DNA of 56,463 nucleotides from Pelomyxa schiedti (lineage: Eukaryota; Protista; Evosea): assembly GCA_020536535.1 (NCBI GenBank), contig JAHLWZ010000213.1, positions 1-56,463 of the forward strand, given 5' to 3'. This document shows positions 13,880-26,812 of the stretch, in pieces. Below the pieces are notes generated by a model, which was given only the letters and a program-made list of their open reading frames with translations, was not told where the DNA came from and ran no database searches. Both the position numbers and the translations under genes were made by a program. Every line of letters starts with the position of its first letter. The first letter of the stretch is position 1.

Positions 13880-15582
13880 TCACTGGCTGTGAACCTTGTG
13901 AGTGTCAGCTGAAGGTTTGATGTATTCATTCCACTTCTGGAAATAAGCAAGGGTTGTTGTGGCAAAATTTCCGGCTGAGAGTGTGGCAAATAGTGCTCCA
14001 ACTAATGCTGCCTATTTTACTTGTGATTCACACAGCAGAAAGTTCTAAGAACGAACCTGCCAATCAAACAAATAGCTTTGAAGAATTATCCCCCAACATA
14101 CATATGCTATGTAAGCTTGAAATACCTTATCATGTTAGATTTACTAAGTGACAGACTACACAAACCTGAATGCAGAGCAAGAAAGGAAACAATACAACGA
14201 GGTTTGGGCTCCATACGTCAGTTAACTCACCACCTTCCCCTGTTACATCCATTGGAGAGGCTTTACCCATTGCAACCATTTTGTACAATCTTTTCTGTTG
14301 GTAGCGACTTTGGAGTGCTTGTACAACGGCTAGTTGTAATCAGCTCAAATGTTTATGAAGGTCTGTGTACCAACATTGTGCAAAACCGTAGGCAAGAAAG
14401 GTCCTCTGGAAAATCTGAAATGAGGGTTTTCCAATTGGCCAAAATAGCATCACTAGGCATATCGCAATTGAAAGGTAATGATGCATAATCCACCAGCTCT
14501 TGATATGGGACCCATTTAGGTGCAGAATGTTTTCACGCATTACGAGGGATAAATAGTAGTATAGACACCATATCTATGTTATGCCTGAGTTGAACTTGAT
14601 GGGATTCCCCCCTCCCAAATCAGCACGACATACTTGAAGTAGCATGTTGAAGATGTTGCTTGTTCTGAAAACCCATGCAAGACATACCAGTACCACAAAC
14701 ACAGGGTTCATCCTCCTCTTGAACTTCTCATAATCTTTCTTCAGCAAGAATTTCTCACCTTGCCGATACTGCTTGACATTGATGTTCCCCAAAAACCACC
14801 TCACAAAGAAACTATACATAATTGCATGTTACAACTTGTTGCACATCTTACATAATTTATATTTATTTCTAATTATAATTATAATAATAAATTATTATAA
14901 TAAAGCACGGAACCAAAACCAAAACAAAACAAGGAACTCATACTCCCATCCCCAAAACAACAAAACCCACAAAGTAGCTCTCAAAAATTCGAAAAACCCG
15001 AAAAGAAAAAAAAAAAAAAAAACTAAAAAAAAAAAAAAAAACTAAAAAAAGAGAGAGAGCTTCGGTTCCGAACCTGCCGGGCTGAGGTGTCAACGCGCAG
15101 TGTACTTTGGTGACGACGGCGGACACGGGCTTCAGCGCGGCCTGGATCTTGGCCGAGTCGGCCTTTGTGATCTCCTTCTTGTGCTTGGCGCTCCTGGCCC
15201 ACTCGCGCGCCCTCGCGATCTCGCTGCGGATGGCGTTGAGCGACGCCACCAGGTCGTCCAGCTGCTTGTAGTGCTTGTTGACGGTCCCGCACCACTCGTC
15301 CGACTCGGCCTCGAGCTCCGCCGCCCGCTTCTTGGTCTCCTCTATGCTCCGCTCCATGTCTCCCATAACTGCGCTCCCTCCTTGCTGAAGGTGCTGTGGT
15401 TGTTGCTGCTGTTGCTGTTGTTTGGCGGCGGCGGCGGCGGCGTCGGGCGATGAAGACGTCGACGTGGGGGTGGAGTCTGTGGTTGGCGATTGGACGACGG
15501 GGGGTGATAGAGAGTCGGCTGTCCCCTTGGCTACCTCGGGCAAGCCACTTTGCATTTCCATGCTCGCTGCGTCGCTAGTCAT
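13880..15582 (-). CDS. TMEM120: TMEM120 (TACAN/TMPIT) family membrane protein, multi-exon
   Basis: Coiled-coil N-terminus, FLGNINV...KKDYEKFK, RENILHLNGSHIKSWWIMHHYLS, GNFATT near the C-terminus. Confidence 0.92.
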
Positions 15583-15664
15583 CAATCAAATATCGTCTTT
15601 TTTAATCTCTTAGCGAGTGGCAGAGGGTCAGGCCTGTCTGACAGAGGAGGGGCAACAAAAAAGG

Positions 15665-15737
15665 CGGGGGCGGTGGGCATTGATCCCACGACCAACTGCT
15701 TCGGAAGCAGCCATTCTTCCAACTGAACTACGCCCCC
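15665..15737 (-). tRNA. trnR-CCG: tRNA-Arg(CCG)
   Basis: Cloverleaf GGGGGCG/CGCCCCC, anticodon loop TTCCGAA, A20 in D-loop, G73. T-loop is ATCAATG. Confidence 0.88.
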
Positions 15738-15854
15738 TTTTCAGAATGGCACCCGAGAGTGTTGGTACTTTTCCGTGAGGCTCAAGAGGGAACTGCACGT
15801 AAAACCAAGCCCATCTGCTGCCCCTTCAATTTTTATCCTTCATTGTTTTGCGAA

Positions 15855-18800
15855 ATGTCATCACACCATTCACACGAGCCAACTACCACACCAATAGACA
15901 CGAGGTCGAGGACAAGGGACAGGGAGTCCCACAATTCACATACAGCAGCAACTGCGTCCTCTTCGGCCAAGTCGGACACACACGTCACCGCCGCCCACTC
16001 GGCCTCGTCAGCCAGCCACCACGGCCACGCACCGTCCCATAATTCACATCAGGCCGCCAACCAACAGCACCGACAACCGCCGCAACAGCAACAACAATCC
16101 ACACCTCAAAGTGAGGTTAGATACAAAAGGTTACTTGATTTGAAAGGTACTGGTTGTTCTCCATAATGTTTTTGGCTTTCTTATCATCGTTGTTATTATT
16201 TTTTATTTGTTTGTCTGTTTCTCGTGCAAAACCTTCCTGTAGGTAAGCATAAAGAACTGCAACAGGAACTGTCAAGCCTATCAAAGGTTCCCAGCTACTT
16301 ATTCATACTCTCTATGAGCTTATTTTATGGAAGAAACTTCCAAAGCGGCGAAAGACGGTGTCTGACAACTCCAATAAGACTCTTCGTCGTATTTATCAGA
16401 ATTCTCTGGAAGTTGCAACCTAATTATCACACAGATGTTATAACTAGAGCAATTGAAGCTCATGGTGGCCAATGCCATTTTGAAACTCTCGTTTATCTTG
16501 CCAAAGAGGTTATTGTTCTCGTTTAACTCCTTCCCCAACAACATCCCAGAACACCCAACAAGCGCAAAAAAATACCCTCAGCAAAAAACCATCTGATGAC
16601 CCAACAAGCACAGCACCTATTGACACTAGGACTGTGCTTAAAAGCATACTGACAGGACAGAAATCCTTGTTTACTCCTGTACTACAACTTAAAAAAAAAA
16701 AACGGAACTCACGGTTACGAAACAGGCTCCTGATGATTCAGAAATGTGGATGATGGTAGAATCTGATGACTCTGGTCCTACTTATGATTCGAGATCAACT
16801 AAGGTTTGTAAGCCATCCTCACACTTTGTTTTCTTATCTCGTACAGAACAAACAAGAGTCCCTCTATTGTTGCATACTCCAAATCCTTCCACAGTTCTCA
16901 TGTAATTTTTTTTTTTAGCTGTGATAGTCCGAGCAATGCAATCATGTGCTGTCTTTGGATCAGCTCATTTTGATGACATACTCGATTTTGTTACAGAGGT
17001 TCTTAGAACCTGAGTCTTCAATCCTCTCAAATAAATATCCTTTTCCACAGAATTGGAACCACCCACAGGACATGACCGATATTCTGCCACAGAATATACG
17101 CGTGACTCTTTACACTCATCCATCCTTTGCAGTGTGTTTCCACCCTACACTTTGTAAAATTGTTAACAACTTAGTAGCAAGACCCCTCAAACCCAGACTT
17201 TTGGATATTGACTAAACAGGTATCACAAAACAATTTCTCGAATCGTCACGAAACCACAGATTGTCATTGAGCCTGTGCTAGATGATAATTCTCCTGGAGA
17301 TTCTGTTGCTGAGGTTCCGCGGGCAGCCAGGAAGTACTGATATGTGAGCCTCGAACCAATACTTATATTGTCAACAGAGCTAAGCCTACACAAAAAGTTG
17401 CTCCTTCAGTGGGATCTGTGTGTTCCAATTGCGGAAATCCCACGGGCAAAGGGCCAATAACTCGAGGAAAGGCAAACGAAAAAGGTTTTGTTTAAACTCA
17501 TGCAATGTTCCCTGTAAAAAATAACTTCAGAGACACTGTGTTCACAGTGCCTCAGTCCATCTAAAAAGCACTGTTGTTTGATTTGCCACAAACCTTACAA
17601 ATTGGTATGGCTCCCCCTATTGAACTGCCAAAAGTGAACTCCGTGCAGGGGCGACAAGAACGTGAGGAATGGATTCAAGTAATCCAACCAATTTAACTGG
17701 AGAATTAGAATAACGGTTTTCTCCCTACGTCTAGTGTGACGACTGTTGCGGCTGGATAATGGTGAAGTGTGACAGTGCTATTGAAGACTTGTCTCGCTAT
17801 GATGATAACAACCCAAATCACCTTCACTACTCCTGCCCACTGTGCAGAAACAAAACTAATAGCACTGGAGCCCCGAAACAGGATTCTTTACAGCGTAGCA
17901 CTACTGATAACGCAGCTTCTGCAGCTGCCCTAGAGCAACAGTACAAACAAATGGATGAGAGAATGATGGGTGCCGATGACGACTCAGATCGTGAGAATTA
18001 TCAAATTTGTACTCCGCCACAGATCCAACCAAACCATTACACCAAGGATACACCACTCTCAGCAGTTAATCCTCAACAGTCTTCTGGTTCATACAAAGCA
18101 ATCCATAGTGACATCACTGCGACATTAGAACAAGTTTTTGCAGAAATGTCACGTGAGTGCGGCTTTCACCCACCAGGGGGACTGTATGATGACTTCAAGG
18201 CAATCACATCCACAATGTCACTTCGTCTCTCATCGGTTTTGGCTAAACAAGAGGTACTACCATGACCCCCTTCAAACTCACAAAACTGACTGGCCACATA
18301 CAACAGGTGGAAAATGAAGGACGTATTGCACTTCTCAACCAAGCCCTCGCTACTACAAGGACGAGGCTCGTAGCTGAATCCACTTCCCAACTTAAGGAAA
18401 TGTTCATGCAAGCAGTCAAGACAGGAAGCAGCCCTCTGACCAGCTACATGAACGCTCCCCCACTCACACACCACCGGACACCCCAACAACTGCCAGTGCC
18501 CCAAACAACAACACAACCACCACCACAACCTCAAACTCAAACTCAAACACAAGCACAAACGCAACCGCAGCCGCAACCACAGCCACAATCTCCTACTGCT
18601 GGCACCAATTCCACTGGATCAAAACCACCAGAAGTGCAACTTCAACTTCAACAACCACAACAGTCGCAGCCACAGTCACAGATACAACAGCAACCTCAAA
18701 TACAACCACAGACTCGACAACCGCAGCCGGACTTAGCAACAACCCAGCAAATACAAACGCAATCACAACCACAACAAATTACAAATCCAAAGGACTTAGT

Positions 18801-19068
18801 TACAAGTTCCGTTACAGACACAACAAACGCGGCACAGGCACACACAACAGATGCACAATCAGAAATGAAAGTACAACCAGAACAGCCTAAACCAACAGCA
18901 AACGAACCAACACCAAACAGCAGCACTGTGACTCAACCACAAGAAAGCACCACTGTTGCTGTTGAAAGTGCGGATACAGAGATAGTACCTATGTCCGACA
19001 TTACAACTTCTTCATCAACAGAAACACACAAGCCGGAACCAACAGTTCCTGTCACTCTGGGTTCCTAA
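15855..19068 (+). CDS. Zinc-finger chromatin protein (C4 finger plus PHD-like finger) with Q/P/T-rich C-terminus, multi-exon
   Basis: CSNC-x20-CSQC, then CLIC...WIQ|CDDCCGWIMVKCD...YSCPLC; terminal low-complexity exon to TAA at 19068. Confidence 0.75.
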
Positions 19069-19324
19069 ATGGTTGATCCCAAAAAATATGATGTAATGAG
19101 TTTCTGTACACCAAAATAAAAATATGTTTTTCAGTTCCATTCAAGAAGAACTTCTGGTTTTTTTTCCCCATGTAGAGTTAGTTTCTTGAATTAGAGAATT
19201 TTCAACATACTTTGTTATTGGAGGGTTCATTGGCGGCGGGCTGTATGTTTGTGATGCAGAATTGCCTCTATCAACAAGTGGTACTGCGGTTGTATTGGAT
19301 TGAAGGCTGGCATCATTTGCGGCC

Positions 19325-21421
19325 TCAATGTAATGCTTGTGCTGAATTTTGTTTTGGAGGCAAGTCTTCACTTTGGAACTTTTGGCATTCCAAATGTGCT
19401 CAACAACGAGTGATGAAATACTAACAACTAGGAAAATAGCCAGGAAAATAAACGGTCCTCCGAAATTTTTGACACTGTGAAAAGTTTTAGCTTGTCAATA
19501 AATTTGTTTGTTTAGGAGGATTACCTGAGGCTATTGAATGAGGTTTCATCTACACCACATGAACTTAATTCAACATACCACTTGTTGTACAAATCATCCA
19601 GGGTCCCGTCATCCTGCAACTCTAGTATAGCTTGGGAAAATGTGTCCCTCAGAGGAGAGCCTTTGGGAAAAGGTAGACCATAGAAAGTAGTTGCAAAGCT
19701 ATCTCCGACCTAGTGAGGGTTTGATTTCTGGGCCGAAGTTCTCAGAAATACCTCCATGACATTACATGGCGGTAGGCCAACAACATAGTCAAGAACTGCA
19801 GAAAAAATAAGAAAAGAAAGGACCTGTACGAAGACGCACTGGGTGTAGGGAAAACGAGGGCACAGACTTCCTGGAATAGGTTACGAGGTATGAAAAACAT
19901 TCGTCATACTTGGGCTTCCAGTGCTTGCATTGACTGAATCACATCAGGAAATTCAACCATATTTTGAAGGGCATCCTACCAATTCGTTACGATACCTGTC
20001 TTCCTGGTAACCTTATACCCTATTTTCTTGAAGGTGAAAGTAATAGCAACCAGCAGAGCCATTCATCACTGCAAACGGTAGCCTTTACTAACTTAGAGTA
20101 CTCTTTCTTCATTTTACTTACTCGTTTGTTTTCAGGTCGTCTATTGTCTCTATATCTGTTTTAAGTTTTGTGACTGTCATCATTGACGCTAAGTTCGCTG
20201 TGTATGACTGCAGTATATGCATTCCAGATGAGAAATCTTAGAAGGTGCTGGCCACTTACCGAAACAATGATCAAACTGTATAGGGAAGGAGGAAAAAAGT
20301 TTTGTGAGATGTTGACGTGATTCATGCCTTCCTTACGAAAAAAAAATGAAGCCAAACATCAAAACTCTTGTTGAGAAGCTTTTACCTTTCAGAGCTTTTA
20401 GCCCAACTGCTACTTCAAGTGAGTTTGTCTGGTGACAATGTGTGAGTGCGAGACAGGAGAAACAGTGCCGTACCAAACTGCGTTCAGCATCCCAGAGATG
20501 TCTTTCATTTGGGTTTTTCGAATGATGATACCCTGTCAAGTGTTTCAAAATCGCGCAAGGTCACTAGTATCAACCATAGGGTGACATCCAGTCAATAAAG
20601 AAGGCTGAAATGGCAACCACACATGTTGCAGTGATGATCAGAAACCACAAGGATACGTCGAAGGGAAGGAGAAACGAAAATAGGTCCAGGGACTCGTCTT
20701 TTAGCACTAAAATCTTGAGGTGTCAGTTTCGTTGCAATCCAACACACTGTGGAATTCTTTATACCCTAAGTGAAGAAGGGAAAAGCGGGAAAGTGAAGTC
20801 AATAACAGTATTCTGCTCAGCAGTAGCATGCATTGGTACGAATCCAATATCAGCACGCCCGTACATCAACTCACCAACCATGCCAGTCCATACACCATTG
20901 ACTGAAAGGAATTTGAGTGGGAAATTAATGCCAAGGCTCCACACTATTCTGTCCATACTGGCTATCAATAGTTTCGTAAATCTCTACTCTGCAAGTACAA
21001 GTTTAAGCCATATTCAAAAAGGAACCAAACACTCAAATAAAAACCTACGAGAGGTTGTAGTCACTGAGCTTGATCAGAATTGCATCCATTACATCACAAC
21101 TATATCCATAGTACATATCTTCCCCCGATTTCGAAGAATCAACATAGAGCAACGGTGCCTTTTCGCCATTAGAATACCAGCCGGAACAACACCCAAACAA
21201 ACAAACAACAAAAACAAAGACACCACCCCACATCCAGGATCCAGAAACCGAAATTACAACCAAAAGGCCCACAACCAATCCCATGCCTCAATCACTGCCA
21301 CAGCCCTGAGGACGCAGTCCTGCGTGCACTGACCAAAACCATAGCGAACCAAGCCAGACCAAGCCACCATCAAGCCGACCAACCACCTCTTGGGTCTAAC
21401 TCCTGTTCCTGGCTCCAACAT
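19325..21421 (-). CDS. Ionotropic glutamate receptor (iGluR/GLR)-like ion channel, multi-exon, no amino-terminal domain
   Basis: S1 YGYSCDV...WTGMVGELMYGRADIG...IDFTFP; M1 FLLPFDVSLWFLI; M3 IIVS|SYTANLASMMTV (20187-20207); S2 PPC...YGLPFPKGSPLRD...LQDDGTLDDLYNKW; M4 NFGGPFIFL...VVEH. Confidence 0.92.
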
Positions 21422-21602
21422 CCCCGAAGAGTCAGTTCAGATAACTGGATTGATCGGGAGGGCGTTTGATTTGATACAGAAAACTTGGGGAAAAAAAAAG
21501 TCAAAGGGGGTCTTGTGCTGTAGTGATAAATATTCTTCTTTGTATTTCTTTAAACAAATACGTGTGTATGTGTGTTGTAGTGGGAGATGGGGAGAAATAC
21601 AA

Positions 21603-22884
21603 CTAGGATTCACCGGCTTTGCTGCGCATAAGCTTGCGTTTGCCAATTTGGGCCTCAAATCCCTTCTTAATGGCGGCAACGCTTCGCTTGGAGCCACATG
21701 ATTCACATACAACAAATGACAGCCTGTTTTCCTTCTTGAGTGTTGTGTCAGGCTGATTGCAGGTCCAACATGAAACATACTCCCCTGTTTCCGAGTTATT
21801 TCGATATTGGTAGAGTAAGGGAATGTACCAATGTATTTCCTGATAAGGGTTTCAATGGACTTGATTTGATACCTTCCTCGGATTACCAGCTGCTGTTTTC
21901 CATCCAGAGAACCAGTTGTACCCAGCTCAGCAAAAACATATTGTAGAACATGCTCTGGGGGTCGGTGCATTCTAAAAAGAGTTTAGTTCCACTTCAACAG
22001 CTGGCAAGTAAACATTTGACAAATCTCAGCAAAATTCATCCAGACGGTCTTCTTTGTGCCTTCCTTGCACACTTGTGGTGGCTTCATGATAAACTTCCTC
22101 TGTCGATTGGCAAATTCAGGATTGTTGCGTTGCATGAGAGTGAATATTCGCTGTGCCAACTGTTTTCAAGTGGGAGCCTTCAAAAAATAAGAAAGTGGGA
22201 AACCTCACCTCTTCATAGGTATAATCTCTATCTTCTGGGGATCCTGTTAAAACGTAAATAATTCAATCCCTTCCAATATTGAAAAGAAGTTCTTGGATGA
22301 ACCTGGTTGGGCTGGAGCAGGAGTAGGTTCTTTGCTTATACCAACTCCCAAAGAGTCAGTTATTTCTGGTGAAGGAGATTTCACAGCAGGAGAACTAGAA
22401 GGGTCAGAGACTGGAGGGGTCTCCGCCTTTGTTGGCTCTGCAGGAGTTGCTGCAGGCTTTGTTGCACGTTTCCTCTTTCCAGCAAAGAAATCGTCCTACG
22501 AAATACATATTTACCACAGTGGAAACAAGAGTTTCATGATAAATACCCCTAGTTGGTTGTACCGTTAGAAGTGAAAAGGTGCATTTAAAATATATAAAAG
22601 TTTCGGTGAGAGAGTAGTGAAGTTTGACTACCTTCAGCAGCAGGCGCAGGAGCCGCTTCTACAACAGGAGCAACAGTGGCCCTCTTCTTCTTTCTCCTCG
22701 AGGGATCGAAAACTGCTTCCTACGAAGAAAGCAAAACTGAGTCATCCAACAACTCGAACATTCGTTCGTCGTAGGAACGAACAAAAATCGAGACCGCGAT
22801 TTCGGGCGTTACCGCGGGCGCAGTAGTAGCCTTGGTAGGTTCGGCAGGTTTTGGTGGTAACACTACTTCCGCTGTAGTCGCCAT
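21603..22884 (-). CDS. EIF2S2: Translation initiation factor eIF2 beta subunit, multi-exon
   Basis: K-box [34 protein letters not shown]...LIRKYI, C2-C2 finger CWTC...CESCG. Confidence 0.95.
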
Positions 22885-23167
22885 CTTCGTCAGATCTTGC
22901 TCGATCGCTCGCTTGTCCGGGTGGTAACGCTCTTGGTTCAGCTTTGAGAATGATTAATTAAAATGCCGGGCTCGCAACTGCATAGAATAGAAGCACAAAA
23001 AAAGTTCTATTCCTAGATCCAAAACCAGATTTTCTCCTCCTGCTTGGTGCAGGGCCACCATAGGGCAGATCATCCTCAGCTAGTGCTCAAGTGACATTTC
23101 TGTCATATTCGTCGATATGTTAGTTTCAGGAAAGTTGATGGGAATGCCACAAAAAAAGAAAAACAAA

Positions 23168-23688
23168 ATGGCGAGTGCAGCAGTTGAGGCAGTTACACAT
23201 TGGATAGAACTTATCGACCAAGGCAGATACGCAGTACGCAGTGCCGGTTCCTTACAATCTCGTGTCTACTAACGACATCCCGTCCTCCAAACAACCCCCC
23301 TTGCCGCCAGGATTCTTACCAAGAGGCCTCAGACGAGCTGTTCAAACCAGCACTGACAGAGGCCCAATGGGAACAAGCAGCGAGGGCCGCACGCGGCCCC
23401 CTGGGCGACCTCGTATCTCGCCACGTGTCGTCAGCCACTCACAGAACCACGTTACCTGGTGCTCCTGGTACCGTTCCCAGCTCCTAATGACAATGTGTGA
23501 TCTTTGCGTGCCGTAAGTGCTTCTGGTCTTTGGCTGAGATTATTATTGTTTGATGGCGTTGTGTAGATGGGGACTACTACGTCGTGGTGTACCAAACACA
23601 ATTCGGGAGGAAGGCGGCGGCGACGGAGACTGGAATTGCTCACCTGGAGTCTGGAACCTGGAAAGTCTCAGGCTACTGGCTTGCCTAA
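23168..23688 (+). CDS. DUF4019-domain protein (exons 23168-23233, 23311-23467, 23567-23688)
   Basis: Spliced product: ...WIELIDQGRYADSYQEAS...ARGPLGDLVSR...LPGAPDGDYYVVVYQTQF...ATET...GTWKVSGYWLA*. Confidence 0.85.
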
Positions 23689-23986
23689 CTTGGTGTCAAT
23701 AGATTTGTTGGAAAAATACAAAACAGACAGAAAACGAAACGCCTGCTCAAGCGTCACCATCGAATTTTGAGTCGGCAAATACGGTGGTGTTAATATCGTT
23801 TTATTGGGTGATTGTGGATGTGAGTAATATGGGCGTGGCTGGCGGGCGAACAAGCAAAACTGCGAATGTAGCTGGGAAAAAAAAACATAAGGCGAGAGAA
23901 AGTAACTAGGAGCGAGGCACCCATAATAAGCATTCGAAGTCATCCATTTGCTCATTTTTGCTACGTGATACGCAAGTGTTGAAGAA

Positions 23987-25119
23987 ATGTTATCCTCAGA
24001 GACCGGTTGTCAGGATTCGGCCCAGTTCAATGACAAAATTCCCGGAAGCAAGCATACAACCTTCTTGGTATCTAATTTTTTCTGGCGACTCTTTGATTTG
24101 TTTACATTGTGCACTACTAGTCTTTTCCTAGCACCCTTACTTAAATTTCTTCTACATTAGAAAACAATGGAATGGGCAAGTTCGGCTCTCCAGAGTTTTT
24201 CCCCTCTCAAGTCCTTTGATCTCCATCTTAGTGGATGTGCCTTCTATAGTGAAAATCCGAAGCGCCAGGTCTTAACTGAACACCGTATAGTTTTTGCATG
24301 TATTTTACTTGGAATCTAGATGTTCTTGCACCATTACTGCAGGTTCTTTAATGATGATGTAGCTCAAGCTGCCATATTTGATAGGTAACCTTGAGTTCGC
24401 GCACTTAACTGTCTAACTCTCGTCAGTGATGATGCCAATGCACGCCTTATTGGAGTTGAATACATTATATCCCAGAACATCTTTGATACCCTACCGAAGG
24501 AAGAGCGCAAATACTGGCACTCACACTCTTATGACGTCAAATCTGGTTTCTCTCTTTCATCATTAGATATAGGAAAATACTCACTATGTAAAAGGAAGTC
24601 TTACAGCTCCAAGGGTCCCTACAACTTTAGAGAATCCGCTTATGCAACAGCTTACCAAGACATATGGAAAGACCTGGTATTCACAAAATTTAGTCAATTT
24701 CCGCGTAACCTTTTAATCAGGATCTTCTGGCAAGTAGATAAGGGAGATTTCCTTCCCCTTGGTCCGCCTCAGTTGATGATGGTGGCTACCAAAGATGGTG
24801 TCTGGGACAAGTCCTTGTTTGAACAACGTGACAAGTGTAAGCTATATTCACACCTCCTTGAGCATTTGGTTTAGTTACAACACAGGCTATGGATGGGACA
24901 CAAACACTATCGTGGCCAACAGATATACCTTGACTTATCCTTCCCCTGACCCGGTACATTCCCGCTTTTATTCCCCTAACATTTATCTAACAATCCATCC
25001 AAAACCAAACACAAATAACAACAAAAAACCAGGATGCTGACCCCTCCACGCCCTTTCGTTGCAACGTAGAGCCAGTACACGGCACTTCTGGGAGTGAGAC
25101 TTCAGAGGGTCGTACTTGA
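23987..25119 (+). CDS. DUF1264 / oil-body-associated protein (OBAP) family, multi-exon
   Basis: HHYC...AIFDSDDANARLIGVEYIIS...LPKEERKYWHSHSYDVKSG...TYGKTW...WQVDKGDFLPLGPPQLMM. Confidence 0.9.
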
Positions 25120-25273
25120 ATGCTGTTTGTTGCTCTGAATGCCGTTTCGACTTGGGCAAAAACTCCCCACTGACGGACTGTATCTTCGGATTTACACTAA
25201 ACAGATTTGATTTTGATTTTCGTTTTTTTTTCTTTTCTTTCTTTTCGCGTTTGGAAGAGAAAAAGGGGAAAAA

Positions 25274-26592
25274 ATGCGACTGCTCAACAGTGGTGTCGTT
25301 TTTGTGGCTTTTTCGTTCCTGCTGAGAAACTCTGAGTCTCTGGAAACCAACAACGCCAATGGCATTAGCAGTGGTGATAGCTCTGTGGTTAGCATTAGTG
25401 GTGACGAAAGCAACTGCAGCGGCTGCAGCAGTGGGAGTGGTGAATACGTTCATATTTTGTCTATTTTTATTTGTGGAATAGCATCTGTGCTGGGGTGCAC
25501 TTTTGTTGTGGCCTCTGTTTCCATACTGGGAAAGGTGAAGAAATTCTACTGGAGGCTAGTTTTCACATCTTGCATGTCCCAGGGATTAAGTGCGTTAACA
25601 TTGAGATATGAATAAATATGTATTATGATATTGTATCCCCTTTTTGTGTATGATTGATAGCTTAGTTGACTATGGACAGGTTGTTTGGCCCTTGTTATTG
25701 GTGCAACGTTCTGGGAACCATCTCTGATTGGTTCTGATGGGGGTCCCGCATGTCAATTTCAAGGTGAATACTAGACTTGTTCTATTAGGCGTTGGCCGTT
25801 TTACTCAAGTAAAAAGGATTTCTCATTGATGTATTTTACCTTGCATCATACTTTTGGGTGTTTGTAATAGCCTTTGTCCTTAACAGGTAATACGCATCCA
25901 ATTACCTACTTTAGAGCTCATAACAATCTAGGCTAACACAAGGAAAGAGCCTTCCTAGCCTCCAGTTTGAGATTGTATTGCACCTGAGCGTATGGTCATT
26001 CCTCATTATTATGGCTACACTCCCATTCTACGTTCCTTCTTTTGCCTATGTGGTATTGGCCTCTGGGTGGTGTTGGTTGAAACCTGAGCCGGCATGGGCC
26101 CGGTTTCTCCTCAGTTACATCCCAGAATGGTGCTTGGAATTTGCTGTAATTGGTCTCTACGCCAATGTTGCAAGAATGCTATACAAACAGGGACTGATTC
26201 GTACGGTGCTTATTTCTTGGTGCCCATCACTGCACTCACGAGGAAGACCAACTTCCGCATCCCATCTCCTTACGGCCGCATCCCGCGTAACAAATGCACT
26301 CCGGCAGCTTATTTTATATCCACTTGCTATGCTTGTAGTGTGGGTTCCATGCACAGCGGCCCGAATTGCTGAAGCAATCAGCGGAACTGACAACTACGTA
26401 ACCTCTCAGGTTGTAGCCATTTTTCTACCAAGTGCCGGATTCTTCAGCTTCCTTGTGTTCATACTTACTGCTGACCTTAAAACTGACCTCTACCACACAT
26501 CCCGTAAATTCCAGCTGGCTTGCAACAAGTGCATAGACAGTTGCTGCCATAAAGAACACATCACATCTTTAGAAATCTCTGGCACTCAATGA
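25274..26592 (+). CDS. 7TM receptor of the cAMP-receptor (cAR/Crl/GCR1)-like family, multi-exon
   Basis: Signal-like N-terminus, SVLGCTFVV (TM1), ACQFQG, SGWCWLK, LILYPLAMLVVWVP, PSAGFFSFLVF. Confidence 0.85.
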
Positions 26593-26812
26593 GTACTGTT
26601 CACCTGGAATTCTCACTGTCTGTACCTATTGCAATAGATGGTCACATCTTTTTTCTTTGACACCACACTGTATTATCCCAAGTGGAACTTATAAAAATTT
26701 GCACATTATAGAGCTATATTGCTATACATTGTTGTTATTACACTAGTTCCCGGCGTAACACAGAGGCCAGTTTTCCTGACTAGATCTAATCAAAAAAGGA
26801 GAAAGGAGAGGG

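Noticed and set aside
18480-18790. CAA/CCA-rich periodic repeats suggesting an array or CRISPR
   Set aside because: In-frame Q/P/T low-complexity coding sequence with no repeat-spacer structure
20161-20355. ORF-track reading WNAYTAVIHSEL as a degenerate iGluR M3
   Set aside because: That frame runs through an intron. The spliced frame gives the canonical SYTANLA
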